Source of the DNA: Candidatus Brocadiia bacterium
GTDB taxonomy: Bacteria; Planctomycetota; MHYJ01; JACQXL01
Direction of reading: 5' to 3'
NCBI GenBank assembly: GCA_041658285.1
Contig: JBBAAP010000002.1
Location: forward strand, 44,252-108,251
DNA: 64,000 bases
The number at the start of each line of letters is the position of its first letter. Position 1 is the stretch's first letter. This document shows, piece after piece, positions 45,451 through 54,900 of this stretch. Below the pieces are notes generated by a model that had not been told where the DNA came from, ran no database searches, and saw only the letters and a list, made by a program, of their open reading frames with translations. A program made the position numbers and the translations under genes.

Positions 45451-46850
45451 GACTGCTCCTTGGCCGGTTGGCCCTTATCAGCTGGTTGGCCGATTAAATC
45501 GCGCACCAGAACGTTAAGATAATTATAACTGCGAATATCAAAATCACCTTCTTTTTTCAATCTTTTCGCGCTGTTGCCGGGCACGATAATCTTATTGAAG
45601 CCGAGCCGGACGGTTTCCTGCAACCTGCGGTCGATATGGCTGACCGGCCGGATTTCGCCGGCTAGTCCGACCTCACCGACAGCGACGATATCGGAAATGG
45701 GCCGGTTACGATAGCTGGAAACGATGGCCAGGGCGATGCCCAAATCCGCGGCCGGTTCATCTATCTTGACACCGCCAACGACGTTGACGAAGACGTCCTG
45801 CGAACCGAGCGGTATGGCCAGCCGGCGCTCGAGCACGGCCAGTATCATGGTGGTGCGATTGAAATCAACGCCGCTGACCCGGCGCGACGGCGCAGCGTAA
45901 TAAGAACGCGAGGTAAGAGCCTGGATTTCCAAGAGCAGCGGGCGGCTGCCGACCATGGACGGCACGATGACCGTGCCGGCCGTGTCTTTGTCACGCTGTG
46001 AGATAAACATATCGGACGGGTTGGTGACTTCAATCAAGCCGTCTTCCTGCATCTCGAATATGCCGATTTCGTTGGTCGAGCCAAAACGGTTCTTGACAGC
46101 CCGGAGCATGCGGAAAGACTGGAAACGGTCGCCTTCGAAATAAAGGACGCTGTCAACCAGGTGTTCGAGCGAGCGCGGCCCGGCCAACGAGCCATCCTTG
46201 GTGACGTGTCCGATAAGGAAAAGCGAAACGCCCAGCCGCTTACAGAGATAGACCATGGCCATGGCTGATTCGCGAACCTGAGTCAGGGTGCCGGGCGCAG
46301 TAGGTATTTCCGGACGGTAGACCATCTGGATGGAATCCACTACCACCAGGTCGGGTTTGTATTCCTCTATGTAAGAGCCGATAACATCGATATTGGTCTC
46401 GGAAGCCAGGAGCAGGTTATCCGAATCAACGCCCAGCCGCTCGGCCCGGAGCTTGGTCTGGAGAACCGATTCCTCGGCGCTGACATAGAGAACCTTCATG
46501 CCTTCCTTTGTAAGTTTGTGCGAGACCTGCAGAAGTAAGGTTGACTTGCCGATGCCCGGGTCGCCGCCGATAAGCGTGACCGAACCGATAACGATACCAC
46601 CGCCCAGGATGCGATCGAATTCCTTGATGTTGCTGATCAGGCGCGGCGCATCGGATAATTTGACTTGGCTAATAGGCTTGGGTCTCTCTCCGCCCAGCGA
46701 GGTTTTATTTTTCTGCTGGGACTGCGGCGCCATTATTTCTTCGGCCAGACTGCCCCACTCGCCGCACTCGGCGCAACGGCCGACCCACTTGGGCGCGGAG
46801 GAGCCGCATTTCTGGCAGACGTAAACGGTCTTAGGCCTTTTTAACTGCAT
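45447..46850 (-). CDS. radA: DNA repair protein RadA (Sms)
   Basis: It has the N-terminal zinc finger CQKCGS...CAECGEW, the Walker A motif GDPGIGKST, KNRFG and a Lon-like C-terminus. Confidence 0.9.
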   Translation of the reverse strand: MQLKRPKTVYVCQKCGSSAPKWVGRCAECGEWGSLAEEIMAPQSQQKNKTSLGGERPKPISQVKLSDAPRLISNIKEFDRILGGGIVIGSVTLIGGDPGIGKSTLLLQVSHKLTKEGMKVLYVSAEESVLQTKLRAERLGVDSDNLLLASETNIDVIGSYIEEYKPDLVVVDSIQMVYRPEIPTAPGTLTQVRESAMAMVYLCKRLGVSLFLIGHVTKDGSLAGPRSLEHLVDSVLYFEGDRFQSFRMLRAVKNRFGSTNEIGIFEMQEDGLIEVTNPSDMFISQRDKDTAGTVIVPSMVGSRPLLLEIQALTSRSYYAAPSRRVSGVDFNRTTMILAVLERRLAIPLGSQDVFVNVVGGVKIDEPAADLGIALAIVSSYRNRPISDIVAVGEVGLAGEIRPVSHIDRRLQETVRLGFNKIIVPGNSAKRLKKEGDFDIRSYNYLNVLVRDLIGQPADKGQPAKEQS

Positions 46851-47562
46851 AAAAAATCATGGCTAACAAGGCTATGGCAGCGGTTTCTACCCGCAAGATA
46901 GATGTTACCGGCAATCGCGCTTCTTTAAAACCGGCTTTAACCGCCTGTTCAATCTCTTCAGGCGTAAAATCGCCTTCCGGTCCGATAAGATACAATATCC
47001 GCCGGGTATTTCCACTTTTTTGCATCATTTCTTCCAACGAACCGTCCGGCGCGGACGGTACGGCAATCAGGGCTAAATCGTAATTAGCTATTTGGCCGAC
47101 CACATCTGTAAAATCCATGGGCGGGTGGATATGGAGCAGTGTATTCTGGCCGGTCTGTTTGGCCGCGGCCACGGCCAGGTTCTGCCAACGCCGGAGCTTG
47201 CGGTCGGCGTCGCGAACAATGCTGCGACGGGTAATGACCGGGATGAGTTCGGAAGCGCCCAGTTCAGCGGTTTTTTCGACCAGCCAATCCATGCGCGAGC
47301 CCTTGGGCATAGCCGAGGCCACGGTGATGTGCAGTTGCGCCGCCTGGACGTGCCGGGTTTCCATAATATCAAGCACCACCCGGTCCTTTTCCAAGACAGC
47401 CACCCGGGCCAGATAAGAATCACCCCGGCTGTTAAAAACCTCGACGTCACTGCCCTGTTTAAGGCGAAGAACATCTTTAAGGTGGTGAGACTGCACCTGG
47501 TCCAGGATGATTTTATCAGCCTGGGGCTGGCCGTAGAAATAGAATCTCTTTAAATGATTCAT
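46831..47562 (-). CDS. rsmE: 16S rRNA (uracil1498-N3)-methyltransferase
   Basis: MNHLKRFYFYGQ parallels the E. coli RsmE N-terminus. It has the PUA-like and SPOUT C-terminus GPEGDFTPEE. The start is chosen at MNHL. Confidence 0.7.
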   Translation of the reverse strand: MNHLKRFYFYGQPQADKIILDQVQSHHLKDVLRLKQGSDVEVFNSRGDSYLARVAVLEKDRVVLDIMETRHVQAAQLHITVASAMPKGSRMDWLVEKTAELGASELIPVITRRSIVRDADRKLRRWQNLAVAAAKQTGQNTLLHIHPPMDFTDVVGQIANYDLALIAVPSAPDGSLEEMMQKSGNTRRILYLIGPEGDFTPEEIEQAVKAGFKEARLPVTSILRVETAAIALLAMIFYAVKKA

Positions 47563-47644
47563 GAGGCATAGAATATAAGGCCAAACGACCGGAGTCAATT
47601 ATTTTATATACAGATATTGACAGGTATACCGCAATATGTAGGAT

Positions 47645-48649
47645 ATGAAGATTATGGAAAATCTAAATAGCTTGGATTTCGAGGTGCCTATAGTGGCGCT
47701 GGAAAAGAAGATTGCCGAGCTGGAGAAGTTTTCGTCCTTGGCTGACGTGGACCTGACGGACGAGATAAGCAAGCTCAGGCAGCGGGCCGACCGCTTAAAG
47801 CTGGATATCTACAAAAACCTGACGCCTTGGCGGCGGGTGCTGCTAGCCCGGCATCCCCAGCGGCCACTGGCTACGGATTTCATAGATTTGATATTCAAGG
47901 ATTTCATAGAACTCTACGGCGATCGCTCGTTCCGCGATGACAAAGCCATCGTCTGCGGGCTGGCCAAGCTGGATAACTTCAAAGTCATGGTAGTCGGCAC
48001 CCGGAAAGGTAAAAATACCATGGAACGGATGGAATCCAATTTCGGCTGTCCGCATCCGGAAGGCTACCGCAAATCGCTGTTAAAGATGCAGTTGGCCGAG
48101 AAATTCAAGCTACCGATTATCACGCTGATAAACACGCCGGGCGCGTATCCGGGCATCGGCGCCGAGGAACGCGGACAGGCGCTGGTCATTGCCAAGAACC
48201 TTTTTGAGATGTCGCGGATGCGGACGCCGATAATCTGCATCATCACCGGTGAAGGCGGCAGCGGCGGCGCGCTGGCCCTGGCCGTGGGCGACAAACTGGC
48301 CATAATGGAAAATGCCTACTTCTCGGTCATATCACCAGAAGGCTGCGCGGCCCTGCTCTGGCGCGACAGCAGTAAAGCGCCGGACGCGGCTAAAGCCCTG
48401 AAATTCACAGCCAAAGACCTGCTGGAGCTGGGCATTGTGGACGAGATCATACCTGAACCGCTGGGCGGCGCGCACCGGGATCATAAAACAACCGCGGAAA
48501 ACGTCAAAAAAGTAATTCTGCGCTACCTGAACGAACTGACCCAGATGCCGACCGAAGTGCTGCTTCAGAAGCGCTACGAGAAATTCAGAGCCATCGGCAA
48601 GTTTGTGGAGTTGCAGGAAAAAACCGCGGCGGAATTAAAAACCAAGTAA
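47645..48649 (+). CDS. accA: Acetyl-CoA carboxylase carboxyltransferase subunit alpha
   Basis: LDFEVPI..LE.KI.EL and GEGGSGGALA are collinear with AccA. Confidence 0.9.
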   Translation: MKIMENLNSLDFEVPIVALEKKIAELEKFSSLADVDLTDEISKLRQRADRLKLDIYKNLTPWRRVLLARHPQRPLATDFIDLIFKDFIELYGDRSFRDDKAIVCGLAKLDNFKVMVVGTRKGKNTMERMESNFGCPHPEGYRKSLLKMQLAEKFKLPIITLINTPGAYPGIGAEERGQALVIAKNLFEMSRMRTPIICIITGEGGSGGALALAVGDKLAIMENAYFSVISPEGCAALLWRDSSKAPDAAKALKFTAKDLLELGIVDEIIPEPLGGAHRDHKTTAENVKKVILRYLNELTQMPTEVLLQKRYEKFRAIGKFVELQEKTAAELKTK

Positions 48650-48652
48650 TTA

Positions 48653-48934
48653 TCAGATCTTAGCCAGCTTTTTCTTGATGTGATGCCCGGACTTAAAAAC
48701 AATAACCTTTTTAGCCGGTGCCATAAGCTTTTCACCGGTCTTAGGGTTACGAGCCTTGCGGGCCTTGCGCTGTTTTATCATGAACACCCCGAAGTTGCGC
48801 AATTCCAAACGCCCTTTCTTGATGACCGTATCTATTATCGTGTCCAGAGTGGTCTGGATGATTTTGATAACCGTGCTTTCGGACATGTTATGCTTAACCG
48901 CTACCTGGCGGGCAATATCTTTTTTGTGAATCAT
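48653..48934 (-). CDS. HU/IHF-family DNA-binding protein
   Basis: It is 93 aa and has the beta-arm region RNPKTGEKLMAPAKKVIVFKSG. Confidence 0.8.
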   Translation of the reverse strand: MIHKKDIARQVAVKHNMSESTVIKIIQTTLDTIIDTVIKKGRLELRNFGVFMIKQRKARKARNPKTGEKLMAPAKKVIVFKSGHHIKKKLAKI

Positions 48935-48939
48935 ATATG

Positions 48940-50244
48940 CTAATCGCGCTTTACCAGTTCCAGCGTCAAGGCAAGCTTTTTGGTATCTTTACCCCGAACA
49001 ACCGTGACTTCGACCTTGTCATTCTCCTTTTTGTTAAGCATGGCGAATTTAAGGTCTAACATATCGGCTATCGGCTGATTGTCAACAAAAATAATAATAT
49101 CATCCTTCTGAATCCCGGCTTTTGATGCGGCGCTGTTTGGAGCAATGTCCTTAACAGGCATTCCCTTCTTATCAGCCAGAGGCTGATCCAAAATTACTCC
49201 AAGCATCGGGCGAATCTGGTCAATCTTTAACACCTTGGTAAAGAACAAGTAATCAGCCGGGCTATTTTTGTGTTCTTCCAATATTTCCAATACTCCGCTG
49301 TTACCGTCCTCTGATTTATTCATAGGTTCCTTGTTTTCGGATATTTCAACGCCCAGAATAGTCCGGTAATCGAACTGGGTACGCCATTTGGCCCGCTCCG
49401 GAATACCGAAACGGAACATAATATGGCCGCCGCCCACGAAGACGACCATCTGGCCCGAAGCCGCGTCTTTGTCCAACCCGCGGAAGAAGCTGGCCACCGA
49501 ATCAGCCATGGTATCTTCCCAAACGCACTGCGATTCGTAAAAACTCTGGAAATTCTCCTCGGTAAACATACCCATCTGGATATGCGGGCGGAATCGCTCA
49601 TAGATGTAAAAACGATGTTCCTTATCGTTGATGTCTATCTTTTCGGGCAGAGATTTACGCTCTTCCGGGGTAAGCACCTTGAGTCCGCTACGGGCGACTT
49701 TCTTGCTAATCTCGGCCGGAGCGTTAAGGGCTACGACTTTTAAACCTTTTTCATACGAGAACGTGACCATAGGCTGGTACATCATCCACTCGAAACTCCA
49801 GCGGCTGTAATAATCAGTTTTGCGAAGCATTTCTTTCTCGTCTATCTTCTTGGCGATGTAATCGTCCAGAAATGACTGGTACGGGCGCTGGAACATTTCC
49901 ATGCCGATGGAAATTTTCCTGGTTTTGGAATTGCGCTCATAGACGGCCTTGAGAACCTTTTCCTGCATCTGGTGATGAGGCACACTGTCATGCGTTTCGC
50001 CCACGTAAACGACATTGGCCTTAGCCGCGTCGTCCATCATCTCGTCGAATGATACAAACTTCTTATTGCGTAAGTCATAAATCTTGCCAATCAGTTCAGC
50101 CGGGGGTATATTTTTAATGTCCTTAATCTCTATGACTTTGGGTGCTTCAGCCACCTTGGGAGTAACCGGCGTTTCGGCTGAGATAAAAGTCACCAGAGTA
50201 ACACAAATCAGGAACCATCCCAACAGATAAACTATTTTTTTCAT
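48940..50244 (-). CDS. ChaN-family (haem-binding uptake/Tiki-like) protein with a C-terminal PDZ domain
   Basis: It has a signal peptide, and ANVVYVGETHDSVPHH is the ChaN signature. The C-terminal PDZ reads GVILDQP...GMPVKDIAPNSAASKAGIQKDDIII. Confidence 0.6.
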   Translation of the reverse strand: MKKIVYLLGWFLICVTLVTFISAETPVTPKVAEAPKVIEIKDIKNIPPAELIGKIYDLRNKKFVSFDEMMDDAAKANVVYVGETHDSVPHHQMQEKVLKAVYERNSKTRKISIGMEMFQRPYQSFLDDYIAKKIDEKEMLRKTDYYSRWSFEWMMYQPMVTFSYEKGLKVVALNAPAEISKKVARSGLKVLTPEERKSLPEKIDINDKEHRFYIYERFRPHIQMGMFTEENFQSFYESQCVWEDTMADSVASFFRGLDKDAASGQMVVFVGGGHIMFRFGIPERAKWRTQFDYRTILGVEISENKEPMNKSEDGNSGVLEILEEHKNSPADYLFFTKVLKIDQIRPMLGVILDQPLADKKGMPVKDIAPNSAASKAGIQKDDIIIFVDNQPIADMLDLKFAMLNKKENDKVEVTVVRGKDTKKLALTLELVKRD

Positions 50245-50259
50245 ATCACGCCTTTCTTA

Positions 50260-50991
50260 TTATTTCAGAATATCGGACATACTGTACAGTCCGGGTTTGG
50301 CATTAGCAAGGAATTTAGCGGCATAAATGGCGCCCCGAGCGAATATGTCGCGGTTGTTGACCCGATGAGTCAGCTCGATGCGCTCCCCCAGGTTGCTGAA
50401 AACAACGGTATGGTCGCCGACCACGTCGCCTATCCGGAGTGAGTGTATGGGAATATTCTTATTGGACGCCTTGGCCACACATTCGGCCAACCGTTTGGCT
50501 GTACCGCTGGGGGCGTCTTTCTTAAACCGGTGATGGGTCTCAATTATCTCAGCGTCATAGTCCGGACCAAGCGTCCGGGCCGCCTCGGCACCCAGCCTGA
50601 AAAGCAGATTGGCGCCCAGGCTCATGTTCGGGCTCAACAGGCAGGGAATCACTTTTGACGCGGCCTTGATCTTATTGAGCTGTGTCTTATCGAAACCGGT
50701 GGTACCGATAACCAGCGGTATTTTATGCTTGCGACAGGCATCCAGACAACCCATAGCTCCGGCCGGGAGTGAAAAATCGATAGCTACATCAGCCTTTTTA
50801 TCGATGGCCGCGGATAACGTGACCCCGAGCGGTTTGCCCAGGCCGACCATCAGACCTACATCCTTACCTGATTGAGGATGCCCCGGGCGGTCAACGGCCA
50901 GAACCAGTTTAAATATTTTGGAATCGGTTGCCAGCCTGATTATAGACAAACCCATCCGTCCGGCCGCACCGTTGACTGCTAATGTAATCAT
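50260..50991 (-). CDS. dapB: 4-hydroxy-tetrahydrodipicolinate reductase
   Basis: MITLAVNGAAGRMG is the Rossmann N-terminus. It is about 243 aa. The start is chosen at MITLAV. Confidence 0.8.
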   Translation of the reverse strand: MITLAVNGAAGRMGLSIIRLATDSKIFKLVLAVDRPGHPQSGKDVGLMVGLGKPLGVTLSAAIDKKADVAIDFSLPAGAMGCLDACRKHKIPLVIGTTGFDKTQLNKIKAASKVIPCLLSPNMSLGANLLFRLGAEAARTLGPDYDAEIIETHHRFKKDAPSGTAKRLAECVAKASNKNIPIHSLRIGDVVGDHTVVFSNLGERIELTHRVNNRDIFARGAIYAAKFLANAKPGLYSMSDILK

Positions 50992-51079
50992 AATGATTTT
51001 GGAATTTGACCATATCTTCATATTTTAGTCAAAGAATTTATATACTTGATTTTATCTCTTTGCTATATATAATTCCGCT

Positions 51080-51922
51080 ATGCGACATTATTCCGCGATA
51101 TTTTTATTGATCCTATGCCTGTCCTTGATCGGATATGCGGCAACCCATGAAACCAACCAGTCGGGCGCCAATTCCGGTATAGCTGTCGGCCAATGGGTGC
51201 AATACCACATCAACCGTTACGATATCGACAAGTCCGAAACGAACAAGGACAACCTGTCATCCACGTCCGAGGCCGACATCAAAATGTCCATTACCGGCCG
51301 ACAGACGTTATACGAACAGGAGCTTTTCTGGGTCGAACTGGCAGTCAACCATGGCAAAGAATCACAACGCATCGTCAGGTTCCTGGCTGATTCCAAGGGA
51401 ACTCCTCAGCCGGAGAAAATAATCGTCAAGCACGGGCAACTGCCGGCCGTAGAAATGAACCTGCGGATATGGGAGATAAAAACCCGGATTACCCGGGAAA
51501 AACTGCTGGCCGAGATGCTGGGCAAGTTAAACCTGATACCGCTGACCCGGCTGGAGATACTGGATAAACCCATCGTTCCTGATAAGACTTCTAACGAGGC
51601 AAACCCCAAAGCAGAAAATAAGACTTCAGTCGCGGGAGAACCTGAAATATCTGGCGGCAAGACAATTTCAATAACAATCACATCCCAACCGGATATCAAG
51701 TCGCTGGCCTGCACCAAGCTGGTTACCAACCAGCCGGAAATCGGCCTATCAAGCGAAAGTCTTTATTCAAAAATAATACCCCTATCCGGGCTGGCCCGGC
51801 TTGAGATGATGCAGGATTCAACCAGGAAAAAGACCCAGACCATTATAACAATAACCGATTTCGGCCTGGCCGGAGCCGAGTCGCTGATTAACGAAAAAAC
51901 CAGGCAACTGGATTTCAAGTAG
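51080..51922 (+). CDS. Secreted hypothetical protein
   Basis: It has a signal peptide MRHYSAIFLLILCLSLIGYAA and no recognised domains. Confidence 0.35.
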   Translation: MRHYSAIFLLILCLSLIGYAATHETNQSGANSGIAVGQWVQYHINRYDIDKSETNKDNLSSTSEADIKMSITGRQTLYEQELFWVELAVNHGKESQRIVRFLADSKGTPQPEKIIVKHGQLPAVEMNLRIWEIKTRITREKLLAEMLGKLNLIPLTRLEILDKPIVPDKTSNEANPKAENKTSVAGEPEISGGKTISITITSQPDIKSLACTKLVTNQPEIGLSSESLYSKIIPLSGLARLEMMQDSTRKKTQTIITITDFGLAGAESLINEKTRQLDFK

Positions 51923-51934
51923 CCATATGAAAGT

Positions 51935-54900
51935 ATGCATATAGAGTATAGACCGTACAAAATTGCAATCCTATTCTTTACATTGTATTACATATTCACG
52001 CCTGCCATTTCAGCCGAGCCTGCCGTCAACGCGCCGCTGGTCGAGGTCATCTACACCTGGAACCAACCCAAAAACCCATTTGACGATATAATTTACCGGC
52101 GCCTGTCCAGAACGCTGGATAAAGAAGAAGCCGTTTATTATTACGCCATGTATGCCCGGTGCAAGGACGAAATACTGATTACCGGCGAGGACGATGTCCC
52201 TTTGCAGGAATGGCTGCCCGACCGGGTAATAGTCAACGGCAAAGCGCTTCAGTCAAACGATTACACCGGATACATCGGTAAAAGCCGGATTATCCTTTAT
52301 CAGCAATCGCCTTACGGACTGCTGGAACTGGGAGAGATGGACAAAAACGGGGTTTATGCTGAATCAATCGAATTCGTCAATACCACCGCGTCCCAGATAG
52401 GCCAAGAATCTCCGCCCAGCCTGTGGTATATCGGCGGTTCCATCCTGGGCGCGGCCAGCATTCTCGACTACGTCAAGAATGACAAGGAACCAACCAACCA
52501 CGCGCCTACAGCCTTATTTAATGTAATCCCTGAAACCGGTTCAACCAACACGGTGTTTTGGTTCGATGCCGGCACGTCATCCGATATCGACGAGCCAGTA
52601 CAAAACTTAATGGTGCGTTGGGACTGGGAAAACGACGGCGTCTGGGACACATCTTTCTCTATTGCCAAAACGATTACCCGGACATTCACCGCCGGCGCAC
52701 ATACGATAGCCATGCAGATGCGCGACAGCGCCGGCGCGTTTGTAACCGCGACCAAGACTATCACGGTCATAGCGCCGGGCGGACCGCTGGCCGCAACGCC
52801 TCAGCCGATATTCCATACCAACTTGCAACGAACCGGTCTGACCGCGATGGCCGGACCGGTTACAGACACCGTCAAGCGGCAATACGCCACCGGCGGCGTC
52901 ATCCAGTCATCGCCGGTGATTGCCGCTGACAACACCATTTATGCCGGCTCATTCGACGGCAAGGTCTATGCGCTCAACCCCAACGGCACGCTCAAATGGG
53001 CATCTCAGATTCTGGGACAGATATATTCCACTCCGGCCATCGGCTCAGACGGCACTCTATACATCGGCGCCGGCACGGCGCTATACGCCCTGAACAATAC
53101 CACCGGCGCGGTGAACTGGTCTTATAACACCGGCAACACAGTGCGTTCATCACCGGCCATCGGCGCGGACGGCACCATATATTTCGGCTCGGGCAACGGC
53201 AATATCTACGCCGTCAACTACGACGGTTCGTTCAAATGGCTATATCCGACCGGTGGCGCGGTTGATTCAGCTCCGGCTATTGCCGCGGACGGCACGCTCT
53301 ATATCGGGTCCAACGATAATTATTTATACGCCCTGGATACAAACCCTCTGTCATTGAGATGGAGATACCAAGCCGGCGGCGCGATTGTCGGAGTTCCGGC
53401 TGTCGGTGCGGACGGAACCGTTTATGCCGGCGCAACCAACGGAATTATCTATGCCATCAATCCCAACGGCACGCTCAAATGGACCGCCGCTACTGCCGGG
53501 CCGGTATATTCATCACCGGCCGTAAACGCCACCACGCTTCATGTCGGTTCTGACGATTTCAGTTTATATTCCATTGCCCTGGCTACCGGCGGCATCAACT
53601 GGTCTTTTCCAACCACGGCAACGATACGCTCTTCTCCGGCGATAGATACTACCGGCAATATCTATTTCGGCTCGGATGACGGCAGGGTTTATTGCCTCAA
53701 TTCAGCCGGGACTGTGGTCTGGAGCCGCGATATCGGCTCGGCGGTGCGTTCATCGCCGGCCATAAACAACAGCAATGTCGGCGCATCACCGGCGGTGGTT
53801 TATATCGGAGCCGATAACGGCAGCCTCTATACCATCGGCTCAGGCCCGGCTGACCCGGCTAATATCGTCCTGTCCAAAAAGGCCAATAAACAATACATCA
53901 CCATCGGGGAAATCATTACATATAATATTACCGTCAGCAATTTCACCTCCACCACCGATACATCTAATAATAATATCGTCATCGATACCATTCCGGCCGG
54001 GTTCAGGTATATCCCGGGCTCAAGCGTGATTGATGGGGTCAACTTGGCCGACCCGGTCATCACCGGCACGGCGCTGACATTCCCGGATTTAGACGCGATA
54101 GCGCCCGGCCAGACCAAGACGCTGTCGTATCAACTAATAGCCGGCAGCGGCCTGGCCAAAGGCCGATATGTCAACAGCGCCTATTGCGACTATTTTGACG
54201 TAATCTGGAAAACCTCGAACACGGCCAGCGAAGAAGTGATGGTCATTGACGACCCTCTTTTCGACCTGGGCACGATAATGGGCCGGGTATTCATAGATAC
54301 CAACGCCAACGGCGTATTTGACCAAGGCGAAAAGGGCGTGGCATCCGCAACAATAATAATGGAGAATGGCGTATTAGCAATAACTGATAAAGAGGGTATG
54401 TATCATATTCCGGCGGTCAAACCCGGCACACACCATTTAAAAATAGGCAGTTATGCCGAAGATTATTCGGTCGGGTTATCTCAAATAGTTCGGGTTACCG
54501 AAGGCCTGCTCCTAAAGGTTAATTTTGCAATCAACCCTAAATACTCAGACAATATATATAAAAATGGGTACGGCGGCGTTATGCTAGGCAGCGGCGAGAT
54601 AGGCTATTCATCTGTCAAAGGCAATACCGACCTGGCCAATCGTGATAAGCGTTTACAGAAAAGACTCTATACTGACGGCAGGCTGGCGTTTTATACAAAT
54701 TTTGTCATGCATCCCGAAGCCCACGTTATTGTTTCCTATGATACCGATAGAATCTCAAATAAAAATACTGATTTATTCAAATATACAGACCCGGACAAAT
54801 ATTACCCAACTTATGGCGATAATTCCAGGGTTTCTTATGAAGGCGCTAATACGCAGGGACCACTATATTTATTGGCGGAAATGGGCGACGGAAACACTCA

